DNA of 64,000 bases from Bdellovibrionales bacterium (lineage in GTDB: Bacteria; Bdellovibrionota; Bdellovibrionia; Bdellovibrionales; UBA1609). Below the pieces are notes generated by a model, which saw only the letters and a program-made list of their open reading frames with translations, made no database searches and was not told the origin of the DNA. How positions within the stretch are numbered: position 1 is the first letter of the stretch; each line of letters begins with the position of its first letter. The stretch spans positions 128,001 through 192,000 of the forward strand of contig OZ244719.1 in assembly GCA_965219095.1 (NCBI GenBank), written 5' to 3'. A program made the translations under genes and the position numbers. Shown piece by piece: positions 52,631 to 63,629 of this stretch.

Positions 52631-53797
52631 TTACTCCGTTCTTTCTACTAAGAGAGCTAGCCCTTCTCCACCTCCTAGACATATGGCTACAATGCCAAGA
52701 GGTTTTTGATATGTGTGAAGTACATGAACTAGCGTTGTAAGAATACGTGCTCCACTAGCTCCAATAGGATGACCTAAAGCCACAGCTCCCCCATGAATAT
52801 TCACTTTGCTTCTATCAAGATTCAATTTCTTTATGGTAGCTAAAGCCACACAACTGAAAGCTTCGTTGATCTCCCAAAAATCAATATCAGAGATTTTTAA
52901 ACTTTCCTGAGCTAAGAGCTTCTCAATAGCGAAAATAGGAGCTGTTGTAAACCAATGAGGATCTTGAGCGTAAGTGGCATGGGCTTTTATTTTTGCTAAA
53001 GCTTTGTTTGGATTTGTGGATAAAATAAGAGCAGAAGCTCCGTCATTGATTTTGCTTGCATTAGCTACTGTAATAGTTCCGTCCCTATTAAAAGCAGGTT
53101 TGAGTTTTGATATTTTTTCAAAATCCACTTGAAAGGGCAGTTCATCTTGTTCTACTAAAAAAGTTTTTTTTCTAGTTTTAACTTCAATAGGTGTAATTTC
53201 ATCTTTAAAAAACCCTTTTTTATGGGCTTGTTGAGCATATTTATAGCTTTCTTTAGCAAAACGATCTTGATCATCACGTGTTAGTTGAAACTCTTTTGCA
53301 CATTTTTCAGCAATTTCTCCCATATGGCTTTCTGTAGCAGGATCCAAAAGACCATCTTTTAAAATTCCATCCTCAACACTTTTATGTCCTAAACGAAAAC
53401 CCAAACGTGCTTCTGTAAGAAAATAAGGACTTTGACTCATGGACTCCTGTCCTCCTACAGCAACAGTTTCGTTATAACCTAAAAGAAGGGAATCATAACC
53501 TAGCATCACAGCTTTTAATCCTGAACCACAAACTTTATTGATAGTAAGGCAAGGGGTTTTAGAAGGGATCTGAGCTTGTAGAGCCGCTTGTCTAGCAGGA
53601 GCTTGACCTGAACCAGCTGTTAAAACTTGCCCCATAATGCATTCATCGATTGTTTCAGGATCTATACAAGCCTTTTTTAAACTTGATTTTAAGACAAAAG
53701 CCCCTAACTCAGGAGCTTTAAAGCTACTTAAGAGCCCTTGGAAACTACCTATAGGAGTTCTTTGGGCTGATGAAATAAATACTTCTTTTCTTAACAT
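52631..53797 (-). CDS. atoB: Acetyl-CoA C-acetyltransferase (thiolase)
   Basis: INKVCGSG, EINEAF, GHPIGASG and CLGGGEG motifs. Confidence 0.92.
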   Translation of the reverse strand: MLRKEVFISSAQRTPIGSFQGLLSSFKAPELGAFVLKSSLKKACIDPETIDECIMGQVLTAGSGQAPARQAALQAQIPSKTPCLTINKVCGSGLKAVMLGYDSLLLGYNETVAVGGQESMSQSPYFLTEARLGFRLGHKSVEDGILKDGLLDPATESHMGEIAEKCAKEFQLTRDDQDRFAKESYKYAQQAHKKGFFKDEITPIEVKTRKKTFLVEQDELPFQVDFEKISKLKPAFNRDGTITVANASKINDGASALILSTNPNKALAKIKAHATYAQDPHWFTTAPIFAIEKLLAQESLKISDIDFWEINEAFSCVALATIKKLNLDRSKVNIHGGAVALGHPIGASGARILTTLVHVLHTYQKPLGIVAICLGGGEGLALLVERTE

Positions 53798-54035
53798 ATT
53801 TTCCTCCTTTTAAGTCAATTATGTCTTAAGGTTAAAAGTTTGTAAAGAATATAGTTGCACTCAATATCTTAGCAACTTTAAAAGCCTTTAGTTAAGATGT
53901 TCTGCACAAAGTTTTTTCGAGAAAGTACGAAAGTGAAGGCCTAAACTTAAGCTCTAAGGGGCTGAAACGTTCAAATCATAGATGTGTGAATTTTGAATTG
54001 TGGTTAGTATATGAACCAAATTTGATCTCCCATTT

Positions 54036-54929
54036 ATGTCTCATAGAGTTATTTTTGTGACAAGTTGTTTTAAAAGCTCATCAAGTGTAGCCTTTTATAA
54101 AAAAGGGGAGGATATGAAAAAGCATTATTTGCAACAATTTCTTTTAGTAAACCTAATAGGTTTTAGCTCCAGTTCTTTAACTGCTCAAATTGAATTAGAA
54201 AAGCTCTATGATGTGTCTCAAAAAGATTCTCTTGTTGAATTTGGAAAGAGCCATAAATCTTATTTTTTACCCGATGACATTCAAATCTTAGTTTGGAATA
54301 TTTACAAACAAAAAAAAACTTCCTTTTTTCACGATTATCGTAATTTACCCCACCCCTTTGATCTCGTTCTCATTCAAGAAGTTTATATGACTAATCATTT
54401 TTATGATTTTTTACTTTCTTTTCATGGTACGTCTTATGCACATGCCATTAGTTTTTTTACAAAAAAACATATTTCAACAGGAGTTATGACAGGAAGTCCA
54501 GTGAAATCTTTTAAAACTATTGTTCAGAGAACGAAAAAAAAGGAACCTATAGTAAGAACGCCTAAAACCCAAATTTTGACTTACTACGAATTAGCTCCTT
54601 TCTACGAACCTTTGCTTGTCATTAACATTCATGCTCTCAACTTTCGCACCTTTAGATCCACAAAAAAACAACTTAAAATGACAAGTAATTATTTAAAAGA
54701 TCACAAAGGGCCTATAATTTTTGCAGGTGATTTCAATAACTGGACTCAATCTCGTCAAAAAGTAGTGACAAAGTTTTTTTCTAAAAGGAAATTTCAAAAA
54801 GTAAAGTTTTCAAAAAAATTGATAACAGATCATGTTTATATAAGAGGACTTAAAGTCAATAGTAGCAAGTTTTTTAATTTAAAAGGATCCGATCACCCTG
54901 CTCTTGTAGTAAATTTATCTGTAAAATAA
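54036..54929 (+). CDS. Endonuclease/exonuclease/phosphatase family protein (YafD-like; likely start 54113)
   Basis: VWNIYK, LIQE, NIHALNF, AGDFN and SDH motifs. Confidence 0.85.
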   Translation: MSHRVIFVTSCFKSSSSVAFYKKGEDMKKHYLQQFLLVNLIGFSSSSLTAQIELEKLYDVSQKDSLVEFGKSHKSYFLPDDIQILVWNIYKQKKTSFFHDYRNLPHPFDLVLIQEVYMTNHFYDFLLSFHGTSYAHAISFFTKKHISTGVMTGSPVKSFKTIVQRTKKKEPIVRTPKTQILTYYELAPFYEPLLVINIHALNFRTFRSTKKQLKMTSNYLKDHKGPIIFAGDFNNWTQSRQKVVTKFFSKRKFQKVKFSKKLITDHVYIRGLKVNSSKFFNLKGSDHPALVVNLSVK

Positions 54930-55135
54930 AAAAAGTTGCAGGTTTATTTTGAAATGAGGTTATTTTTCCAGAGAAAATAAAACCTAAGAGGTTACTCGAT
55001 TGAGAATTTTTCGAAACTAAAAATCTTTTCAAACAAAGAGAGATGTTAATAAAAAATCGAATTGTGTGATCCTGTAATTAAATTTTATGTACGCAGTAGG
55101 TCTTGAAAATAGCAACTTCAAAAACTAAGAAAAAA

Positions 55136-55325
55136 GCCTCCTCAAAAGAACCTCCGGTAACCCACAGATTCTTTTGAGGAGGCTTTCTTTTTGATAGACG
55201 CTTTCAGCGATTGAACTCAAAAATACAAGACAGGATGTCTTCCTCTTTACTTTCTTGCTTTCTTTGATATGACCTTTTTGGGGGATTTCTAGCTACTTTT
55301 TACCCACAGATTTTCGGGAGGAGCC
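55136..55325. mobile_element. ISL3-derived remnant: fused right ends (55136-55183) plus left end
   Basis: GCCTCCTCAAAAGAA...GATTCTTTTGAGGAGGC followed by ..CCCACAGATTTTCGGGAGGAGCC. Confidence 0.75.
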
Positions 55326-55562
55326 AGAAATTTTACAAGATTTTCGGTAAATAGAAAGAGCAAGTCACTGGTTTAAGCCATGATGGTGACCTTAAAATAC
55401 TTGTAAAAGGAGGTTGACTAAAGTTAAAAAGAAAGTGTCAGGTTGTTTCAGAACAGAAAAAGTGGCAAAATATTTTTGTCGTATTACCAGCTATGTTAAA
55501 ACCATGAGAAATAAAGGATATTCTTCTTTAGAGGCAATCACTATAGCTCTTAACAGAAAAAC

Positions 55563-56762
55563 TCACAGTAAAGAGTGAGTAGTTACACAAGTTTTTTTAT
55601 TAATTTTTCTTTTTTCAAGTTCATCTGCAAAAGAGGAATCTTCTAAAAGAACAGTTCTCAAAACAGCTAAATAACAGACTGTTTCACCGTTTTTATCTTT
55701 AAGGCTAAGATCAACATCTTTATGATCAAGCAAAAGTTTAAACCATGACAAATTGTTTTTGTGGATAGCTTTCATAATGGGCGTTATCATGGTTTGAGAT
55801 TGAGAATCATTCACATTTACTCTCACTGTTTCTATAAGCCATCTTACATGTTGATCTTTATTTTTTTCCATAGCTAGTAACAAGGCTGTGTCCCCTGAAG
55901 TATTTTTTACTTCTTTATCAGCTCCTTTTGCTAAAAGCTTCTTAGCATAGTATAGATCGTCTGTTAACATAGAGATTAAAAAAGCTGTATAGCCTTGTTT
56001 TTGTGGATCTTGTGTTGAAAGTTCTAAATCTAGATTTTTGGCCTTTGCCATTAAAAGATCAAAGGCATCTTTGTATTCAAAATGAATAGACGTCATAAGA
56101 GCGGACCAACCGTAATGGTTGGTATGATTGAAATTTATTGCATGATTTATCAAATGGTCTATAGGTTGTTTGTTCATAATAGCTGAGAGTAAGACGTTAA
56201 ATCCTTCATGATCTGTTGCCTCTAAATTAGCACCTTTTGAAATTAAAAACACAGCCGACTTTACACTTCCTTGAAAACCTGCATAGGTGAGGGCTGTGTC
56301 TCCATTAATATCTTTTTTTTCTAATTCAATTTGTCCGGGATAAGAGTTCCATAAAAATTCCAGTACGTGTTGGTTGTCTTTATTTATGGCAGAGAAAGTG
56401 ACATCTTTTAAAGATTGATTGACTTGAAAGGGTTTTTTTATAAAGGGAGCTAAAAATTCAAGCCCTTTTATGCTTCCATGGTAAGCCATGGCCATAAAAA
56501 GAGTATTGCCTGATTTTTTACTTTGAGTGCTGGAGAGTTCGGGGCAAAATTTAATAAGTTTTTTAAACTGTTTCCACATTTCAGGACTGCGGTAATGAGG
56601 GCTGAAAGTACTATGATAAGATCTTATATACTTAAATCCTTGAGATAAGGCATCTTGTGTATTGCAAGGTGAAGCATATGTGAGGGATGATAGACTTAAG
56701 CTAAAAAGAACCCATGTTATAACTCTTAAAATATACGAGAGAAAAGCTTTCATAACAACCAT
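55563..56762 (-). CDS. Secreted ankyrin-repeat protein
   Basis: Repeated G.TAL..A motifs (GDTALTYA, GWSALMTS, GYTAFLIS, GDTALLLA, ITPIMKA); signal peptide. Confidence 0.88.
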   Translation of the reverse strand: MVVMKAFLSYILRVITWVLFSLSLSSLTYASPCNTQDALSQGFKYIRSYHSTFSPHYRSPEMWKQFKKLIKFCPELSSTQSKKSGNTLFMAMAYHGSIKGLEFLAPFIKKPFQVNQSLKDVTFSAINKDNQHVLEFLWNSYPGQIELEKKDINGDTALTYAGFQGSVKSAVFLISKGANLEATDHEGFNVLLSAIMNKQPIDHLINHAINFNHTNHYGWSALMTSIHFEYKDAFDLLMAKAKNLDLELSTQDPQKQGYTAFLISMLTDDLYYAKKLLAKGADKEVKNTSGDTALLLAMEKNKDQHVRWLIETVRVNVNDSQSQTMITPIMKAIHKNNLSWFKLLLDHKDVDLSLKDKNGETVCYLAVLRTVLLEDSSFADELEKRKINKKTCVTTHSLL

Positions 56763-57373
56763 GAGTTATATAATAGAATTCAATCTACAAAACAACTAAA
56801 AAGGCTATAAAACTCAAAAAAGCTTTTTGAGTTTTATGATGCACAGCTTGAAATATCAGCAATGTCTTGATATTAAAGGATGTTTTATCCTGAATTTATC
56901 GGTTCGGAGCACAGTGCGTAGCTTCTAATTACCTAATATTACAAGGTTTTCAATTTTCAGGACACGCAACATTTTTCGTTATAGGTCAAGGGTTTAGGTG
57001 TTTTCTAGTCGATACGCAAGCTCCTGTCTTTGAATATCAAAAGCTTGGTAAATTTTCTTAGCCTCTTTTCGACAGTTCTTTTAGATATCATATATTTTTG
57101 TTTTGTTTTTGAATTCTTTAGAATCCACTTTTCCACCCCACATAATTGATCTTCCCAAAGAAAAGCATTTAGAGTTCAAAAGACGTTGGAAAAAACTTCA
57201 TAGATTGGAAGATTATGAAAGTGCTAAAAAAGAACATAATAGTCTTCTGAAGTGGCTTAAAAAAATAAGTTCTGAAGCTTCAGAAAGTCTTAAAGAGGCC
57301 CATTTAGAAACATTGACAGTCCTTCGTTTTGATCTTTCCCCAAAAAAGTGGACAGTTTTTTGGGGAAAGTTCA

Positions 57374-57649
57374 ACCTCTCTATCTTTTTTTGAAAGGCTT
57401 TAAAGTTTGGGCGGCTCTTTATACTTATGATCTCATCGTTTAAGCCCCCTCTTTGACTAAGCTAGCTGTGAAACTTTTATCATCGACATCTAGGCCGATA
57501 TACATTATATTTTTCATTGGATGACCTCCTTTTTGTTGTTAATAGTAAGCTCCTTTTTATGAACTTACTTCTTAGATGAGTCTAACTCTTCTAATCAGGG
57601 TTTTTAAGTCCCAGCCTTTTTGAAAAGCTGGTCATCCATATTTTCTTTT
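57374..57649 (-). pseudogene. IS110-family 5' end: structured leader plus N-terminal stub
   Basis: MKNIMYIGLDVDDKSF from ATG 57517; a GGATGACC/GGTCATCC stem encloses the RBS. Confidence 0.75.
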
Positions 57650-57659
57650 TCTATTTACC

Positions 57660-57942
57660 GAAAGACTTCCATTTTAAACAATCATTTAGTATAGTCTTAA
57701 AAAACATCTCTTCCTTGCTTTGTTTTTTTCTATTTTAAGGCATTTTAAAGATTTTAATGTACACAGCAAATAAAATGAATATTTTTGAGTTCAATCGCCG
57801 GAGGCGATAAAGACCAATAAGGTCTCAAAGAACTCAAAAATACAAGACAGGATATCTTAACTCTTTTCTCTCTTCTTTTGCCTGATATGACCCTTTTGGG
57901 GGATTTCTAGCTACTTTTCACCCACAGATTCTTTTGAGGAGG
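57660..57942 (-). mobile_element. Diverged ISL3 5'-end remnant
   Basis: Aligns with ~14723-15037 but ends in a right-end-type TIR. Confidence 0.75.
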
Positions 57943-58148
57943 CAGAAGATCTAAAAGCTAAGCATGTGAAAAGGTTTTACTGTAATAAAATTAAACTCTA
58001 AATCCTTTAGAGGCATGTTGTTTTCAATTCTAATCATTAGATCAAAAAAAGTTGTCTGAATTTTCTACAAATTGAAGACTCTTCAAAGAACTGAAATTAG
58101 AGTTAGAAAGGTTCATTTCTGACAGCCCTCACATAAAGATATAATCCT

Positions 58149-59051
58149 TTAAGATGAAGATTTTTTATTCTGTAGCATTTTTTTGATTTTTTTAGCAATA
58201 CTTTCCAAATGAAAAAATTCATCTGTTTTTCTTATTTTAAAATCTTCTGTATTTTCATTTTCTTCTAGTTTATCGATAAACTTTTCAAAGGCATAGAGGG
58301 GACCTGCCATTCTGTGAGAAAGAATGCGAGATATAAACCAAAGAGTTAAGCAGAATTGAAAGGTAATAATAGTATAAGCTATAAAAAAAGGAGAAAAGAT
58401 GGAAAACCCAAGATCATTTTGCAAATGCTTTTCCAACATAACTTGAAAGTACGTATAAAAGAAAACCCCTGATATCACCGCAAAACTTGTACTAAAAAAA
58501 AGAGATGTCATCATGTACCGTATTTGAAAAGAAGAATTCACCCACTGATAACTACGACTCTCCTTTGATGGCCAAAATATTTTATAGTATTTCGCAATCC
58601 CTATGATAATAAAAAAACAACCTATCCATTGCATCAAGTCTGCTAAGTTAAAAATTCCTGTTTTGAAAAGCCTAAAATCAATCCAAACAAAATCCACAAT
58701 AGTTTCATAAAGAAGACGATCGGTTACATTGCCTATGATTCCTGAACCTAAAAAAGAAAGCCCCAGTCTTAAGTTAAAGGAGTGGATATGCAAAAAACTC
58801 TGAAGGGAGATGTAGATGAAGAGCAAAAAAAATCCTAAAGTGGTAAGGCAGACTTGTAAGAGGAAGTGAGGCATATTTTGAAATAGCCCTAGAATAACAC
58901 CTTTGTTAAAAACAACTTTAAAATGAATAGGCCCGTAACTATGAAGTTGCTCAAAGTATACAAGAGCTAATTTCTTTAAAGAGTAATCAAGAATCCAAGG
59001 AATAAAAAAAGCTATGAGTATAACAAACCAGTCTGTGTTTTTTAATTTCAT
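58149..59051 (-). CDS. lspA: Signal peptidase II with C-terminal 2-TM/HAMP-like extension
   Basis: LD..LK, N.G..G, GIIGNVTDRL..IVDF and FNLAD motifs; tail SHRMAGPL..KIRKTDEF. Confidence 0.8.
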   Translation of the reverse strand: MKLKNTDWFVILIAFFIPWILDYSLKKLALVYFEQLHSYGPIHFKVVFNKGVILGLFQNMPHFLLQVCLTTLGFFLLFIYISLQSFLHIHSFNLRLGLSFLGSGIIGNVTDRLLYETIVDFVWIDFRLFKTGIFNLADLMQWIGCFFIIIGIAKYYKIFWPSKESRSYQWVNSSFQIRYMMTSLFFSTSFAVISGVFFYTYFQVMLEKHLQNDLGFSIFSPFFIAYTIITFQFCLTLWFISRILSHRMAGPLYAFEKFIDKLEENENTEDFKIRKTDEFFHLESIAKKIKKMLQNKKSSS

Positions 59052-59056
59052 AAGCT

Positions 59057-60601
59057 TCAGTAATTATTTTTTCCTTCTTTATAAGCCTTAATAAACGGCT
59101 CAAAACCTCCATCTGGGTGAGGCTTATAGTTCTTTACCTTCTTACTTACAACAGCTATAAATTTCTTATGCCACAAAGGTAATATGGGGATGTCATGTCC
59201 ATGAATTTTTTTCTGAATTTGACTATAGACTTTAAATCTCTCCTTGTAAGATATCTTTGAGTTTCCCTCTTCAATAAGACGGTCAACTTGAGAGTTGATA
59301 TAAAAACCTCTGTTTCTGCCTTTAGGTGGAATTTGTTGGCTATGAAGTGAGATTCTATAAATATCTGGATCTAAAATACCTACGAAAGAAGAAAAGGCTA
59401 AGTCAAATCGACCTTTTTTTAAATCACTATAATAAGTACCCCACTCAAAACTTTGAAGCTTCACAGGAATCCCGGCCTTTCTCATCTGTTCTATGAGTAC
59501 TTTTGCATTTCTCACAGTGGTAGAGTTATTTGAAGTTTTTAAAACAAGCGGCTTTAAGTTTAACTTTTCTAAGAGTTTTTTAGATTTTTCTAAGGAGTAA
59601 AAGATTTTTTTGATATCCTTTTCAAAAAAAGGATTTTTAGGGGGCAGAAGAGACGAAGCTTTTATAGCAAGCCCTTCTAAATTGTACTGAATGAGATCAT
59701 CCAGCCTTAAGCTATGTGCAATAGCTTGTCTTACTCTCCTTTGTTTTAAATCTTTATTCTTTAAATTAAACAGTAAATAAGTTGTACTTTGGCTTGGAGT
59801 TTTATAGATATTAAAATTTAAAGAAGATTTTGATTTTTCCAAGTTTTTTAACTTTGAAAGAGGTACATCTTCTTGAATGATATCTAAGTCTCCTTTTATA
59901 AGCTTTTGGTAACGTGTAAGATCATCTTTTATGAATTTAAAAATAAGTTTTTTGATTTTAGGAGGTTTATGGGGATGATCCGCTCTCCCCTTCAAAACGA
60001 GCTGCTGTTCATTTTGAGAGCCAAAAACAAAGCTACCACTTCCTACGATTGATTTATAGAAGTCCTTTCCATGCCTTACAACCTCTTTTTTAGGCAAAAT
60101 GCGGATTACAGGAAGGTCAGCTAAGAGAAACTTTGCAGAATACCGCTTTACATGAAGTCGTATAACAAAAAGTTTCTTTTCATTCCTTATAACTTCTACT
60201 TTTTTTATATCTTCAAAGGCTGAGTGAAAAATACTTTCAGGGTTTAAAAATTCGTTAAAGCTAAATAAGAGGTCCTCTTTTGTAAGCGGTTGTGAGTTAG
60301 AAAAGGAAATGTTAGGCTTTAAAACAAACTCCCATAGGTTTTCATTTTTCTTGTAAGCCCAAGACTGAGCTAAATCACCTTCTGGCTTTAAATCATCCCC
60401 TACTCTCACAAGTGAACTGAAAAGAAGGTTAGCTAAACGCCAACCTAAGGCATCTGTAGCAAACCGAGGATCTACTGTTTTAGGAGCTTTGCTCACCCCC
60501 ACCACAAGACTGCTATCTCGGTTATAAGATGACAAATTGCATGAAAGAAAAGTTAACGTAAATAGAAAGTAAAGGAAGTAAAGTATTTTTTTGCTTTGCA
60601 T
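59057..60601 (-). CDS. ABC transporter substrate-binding lipoprotein (family 5)
   Basis: Lipobox FLSC; DPRFA, LF.SLV, GDLAQSW, GSGSF and VRQAI motifs. Confidence 0.88.
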   Translation of the reverse strand: MQSKKILYFLYFLFTLTFLSCNLSSYNRDSSLVVGVSKAPKTVDPRFATDALGWRLANLLFSSLVRVGDDLKPEGDLAQSWAYKKNENLWEFVLKPNISFSNSQPLTKEDLLFSFNEFLNPESIFHSAFEDIKKVEVIRNEKKLFVIRLHVKRYSAKFLLADLPVIRILPKKEVVRHGKDFYKSIVGSGSFVFGSQNEQQLVLKGRADHPHKPPKIKKLIFKFIKDDLTRYQKLIKGDLDIIQEDVPLSKLKNLEKSKSSLNFNIYKTPSQSTTYLLFNLKNKDLKQRRVRQAIAHSLRLDDLIQYNLEGLAIKASSLLPPKNPFFEKDIKKIFYSLEKSKKLLEKLNLKPLVLKTSNNSTTVRNAKVLIEQMRKAGIPVKLQSFEWGTYYSDLKKGRFDLAFSSFVGILDPDIYRISLHSQQIPPKGRNRGFYINSQVDRLIEEGNSKISYKERFKVYSQIQKKIHGHDIPILPLWHKKFIAVVSKKVKNYKPHPDGGFEPFIKAYKEGKNNY

Positions 60602-60651
60602 AATATCTCCTATTTTAAACTTCTTTCCCTTAGAATGGCTCTAAAACTTGC

Positions 60652-62145
60652 ATGATGTCAACAGTTCGTAACCTTTCTTTTATCTTTATGATTAGTTTTC
60701 TTCTTTATGTAGGAGAGGGCTTATCTTCGTCTTCTGATCCTTGTTGGATGTGTAGCCCTTCGATTAATAAACTTGCTTTAAGTCTTCAAAAGAAAGTTAA
60801 AGGAAGTAGTCTGAACTTAAAAAATCTGTCTTTTATGGTCACAGTGGTTGATGGATCGAGAAGCAAGACTTTCTTTTCTATCAATTCAGAGATCAAAAGA
60901 AATCCAGCCTCTTTATCTAAAATCCTAACAGCCACTGCGAGCCTTCGTTATTGGGGAGGTCGCAAAAAAGAAGCTCCTTTTGAAACCAGTCTTTGGACAA
61001 CAGGGCCTATTGAAAATGGTAAATTAAAGGGAGATCTTTATTTAAAGGGAGGGGGGGACCCTTCTTTTACACAAGAATCACTATGGAAGCTTATCGGTCA
61101 GTTAAAGTACTATAATATCCACATCCTAGAAGGTCATATTGCTATTGACGACTTTCTTTTTGACAGGAAATACTTCGAAAGAAGTCGTTTTCCCAAACGT
61201 TCCTCTCGTGCTTATGATGCTCCTACAAATGCTGCATCATTGTCTTGGAATACTTTTACCGTTCTTGTCGAACCGGCAGAAAAAGTCAATCAGCCTTGCA
61301 AAGTGTTCAAAGAATTTGACACTCCTTTTTTAAGAATTGTGAACAAAACCAAAACTGAAGTTAAAAAAACAAAGAACTCTAAAAAACTTCTTGTCATAAG
61401 ACGTCCTTTAAACCCCTATGGACATAAAGTTATCGTTGAAGGTTCATGTTATTTAGGAAAAAAAAGAACATCCTTTTACAGATCAGTTACAGATCCTGTG
61501 TCTTGGATGGGTTCTTTTGTAAAACAGTTTTTAACAGAAAAAAACATCAGATTTTTAAAGAATAAAATTTTACATAAAAAAACTCCTTCTCAAGCTCGTT
61601 TTCTTACTTCTGAAAAATCAAAACCCATCACCTTTCTTATTGATGACTTAATGAAGTACTCTAATAACAATATAGCAGAGAGCTTAGCTAAATCATTGTC
61701 CCTAGGTAACTCTTTAGAAGGAAATCTAAAAGAAGGAGTGAAAAAGATTCAAAAAATTCTCAAAGACACTATAGATCCAAAAACTTATGTTTTAAAGAAC
61801 CCCTCAGGTTACACTTATAAAAATCGCATCAGCGTTCAAACAATACAGTCTCTTGTTTTGAAACTCTATAAACAATCTCCCTATTCTATTGAATATTTAT
61901 TTTCACTCCCTGTAAGTGGCAGAAACGGAACTCTAAAGAAACGTCTAGAAAAGCTTCCGGGGCAAATTAGAGCAAAGACAGGTTTACTTAGGGGTGTTAC
62001 AGGTTTGTCTGGAATTCTTTCTCCTAAAAATCAAAACATTCATTTTATTTTTACTTTCATTTACAATGGTGTAAATAAGAAAGTTATAGATGCTAATCAA
62101 CTTTTTGATGAACTTCTTGTGCATCTCAGTCATGCCAAATTATAA
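60652..62145 (+). CDS. dacB: D-Ala-D-Ala carboxypeptidase/endopeptidase (PBP4, S13)
   Basis: PASLSK, GGGDP, SNN and AKTG motifs. Confidence 0.9.
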   Translation: MMSTVRNLSFIFMISFLLYVGEGLSSSSDPCWMCSPSINKLALSLQKKVKGSSLNLKNLSFMVTVVDGSRSKTFFSINSEIKRNPASLSKILTATASLRYWGGRKKEAPFETSLWTTGPIENGKLKGDLYLKGGGDPSFTQESLWKLIGQLKYYNIHILEGHIAIDDFLFDRKYFERSRFPKRSSRAYDAPTNAASLSWNTFTVLVEPAEKVNQPCKVFKEFDTPFLRIVNKTKTEVKKTKNSKKLLVIRRPLNPYGHKVIVEGSCYLGKKRTSFYRSVTDPVSWMGSFVKQFLTEKNIRFLKNKILHKKTPSQARFLTSEKSKPITFLIDDLMKYSNNNIAESLAKSLSLGNSLEGNLKEGVKKIQKILKDTIDPKTYVLKNPSGYTYKNRISVQTIQSLVLKLYKQSPYSIEYLFSLPVSGRNGTLKKRLEKLPGQIRAKTGLLRGVTGLSGILSPKNQNIHFIFTFIYNGVNKKVIDANQLFDELLVHLSHAKL

Positions 62146-63571
62146 ATTCTTTGCTATTTTCCTTGTTTTTATTTCTTTATCTTTCTTAGCCAAAGCAAGT
62201 GATAAAACACCTGTCCTGTTCCAGCCAACAAGCTATAATGTTCCAAAACATGTAAAAACACGCCCATGGAAGGAACCTGATTATTCCAAACAAATATCCC
62301 GTTTAGGTTACAGTAAGGACATCTTTAAAGCTCAAACTCCTTTAATTCAAGCATCAGTCAACTTTTGGTTTGATGTTTATTCAAAATACAACACCGATCA
62401 GGGGATTCTACATGACAGCCTCCATGAATCTTTAATCTACGAAATTGTAAATTTTAAGGATATTATGGGAAATCCTAACTCAAGCTTACAAGAGAAAGAA
62501 GAATTAAGATTGAGAAGAGTCAATAAAATAAAAAAAGAAATTCGAGAAATACTCCTTAAACTTTCGAAAGTAAAAAACCCCTCAAAGCTTAAAAAGAAAG
62601 AGAAAAGGTATTGGAATCTTTTTAAAAACATTAAAGAGAAAAATAAGTTCCTTTTTGCGAGAACAAAAAATAGGTTAAGATTTCAGTTAGGTCAAAGAGA
62701 TCTTGTTTTAAAAGGTATTTTCAACTCAGGAGCTTACATCCAAGCTATGGAAGATATTTTTAAAAGGTATAATCTACCTATTGAACTCACTCGCCTTGTT
62801 TTTGTAGAAAGTTCTTTTAATTTATCGGCATATTCAAAAGCAAATGCTAAAGGTATTTGGCAGTTTCTTTTGCAAACAGCAAAGCCTTTTCTAAGAATTA
62901 ATGCCTCTGTGGATGAAAGACTTGATCCTTTGAGAGCCACAGAAGCAGCTGCACAGCTTTTGAAAAAAAACTACCAACATTTAAACTCATGGCCTTTAGC
63001 CATAACAGCTTACAATCGAGGACTTTCTGGAGTAAAGAGAATTCTTAAAAAAACAAAATCTAAAAATCCTGAAAGGCTTTTGAACATAAGAAAAGGATAT
63101 TTCCGCTTTGCCTCAGCAAATTTTTATACAAGTTTTTTAGCTATGATAAAAGCAGAAAAACAGTTAGGTAAAAAAGCAGTTTGGAGACATCCTCTTGAAT
63201 TTAAAAGAGTGAAACTAAGAAAAACTATTTCCTCAAAAGCCCTTATTTCATGGTTTCATGGAAATAAGAATAAAGCTCAAGAGTACAACCGTCATATTCG
63301 AAATTATGTTTGGAGGGATCTGGTAAGGATAGGAAAAGGTAATTTTATTTATATCCCTAAGTATAGAGTGACATTAGTGAGAAAAGAGTTAAAACAGCTT
63401 AAGTCATTAAGCCTCTATAGGGGACGACTTTACAAAATTAAAAAACATGACACTCTATCTTCTATTTCTAGAAAGTTCAAAGTATCTACAAAAAAAATAA
63501 AGAAAGCAAACCCTGAACTCAAAGAACGTTTTTTGAAAAGAAATTATATGATCCTTATTCCTAAAAAGTAG
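62090..63571 (+). CDS. Lytic transglycosylase (SLT + LysM, MltD-like; likely start 62132)
   Basis: VESSF, A.GIWQF, VDERLDP and AITAYN motifs; C-terminal LysM. Confidence 0.88.
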   Translation: MLINFLMNFLCISVMPNYKFFAIFLVFISLSFLAKASDKTPVLFQPTSYNVPKHVKTRPWKEPDYSKQISRLGYSKDIFKAQTPLIQASVNFWFDVYSKYNTDQGILHDSLHESLIYEIVNFKDIMGNPNSSLQEKEELRLRRVNKIKKEIREILLKLSKVKNPSKLKKKEKRYWNLFKNIKEKNKFLFARTKNRLRFQLGQRDLVLKGIFNSGAYIQAMEDIFKRYNLPIELTRLVFVESSFNLSAYSKANAKGIWQFLLQTAKPFLRINASVDERLDPLRATEAAAQLLKKNYQHLNSWPLAITAYNRGLSGVKRILKKTKSKNPERLLNIRKGYFRFASANFYTSFLAMIKAEKQLGKKAVWRHPLEFKRVKLRKTISSKALISWFHGNKNKAQEYNRHIRNYVWRDLVRIGKGNFIYIPKYRVTLVRKELKQLKSLSLYRGRLYKIKKHDTLSSISRKFKVSTKKIKKANPELKERFLKRNYMILIPKK

Positions 63572-63629
63572 TGCTTGAGCCTGTAATTTAAATTATGTAG
63601 CTTATGGCCTATAAAAATTTCAAATCATT

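Noticed and set aside
56807..56837. 14-bp-arm palindrome upstream of the ankyrin gene
   Set aside because: AT-rich and resembles the ISL3 leader stem (AACTCAAAAA); operator, terminator and IS debris cannot be distinguished.
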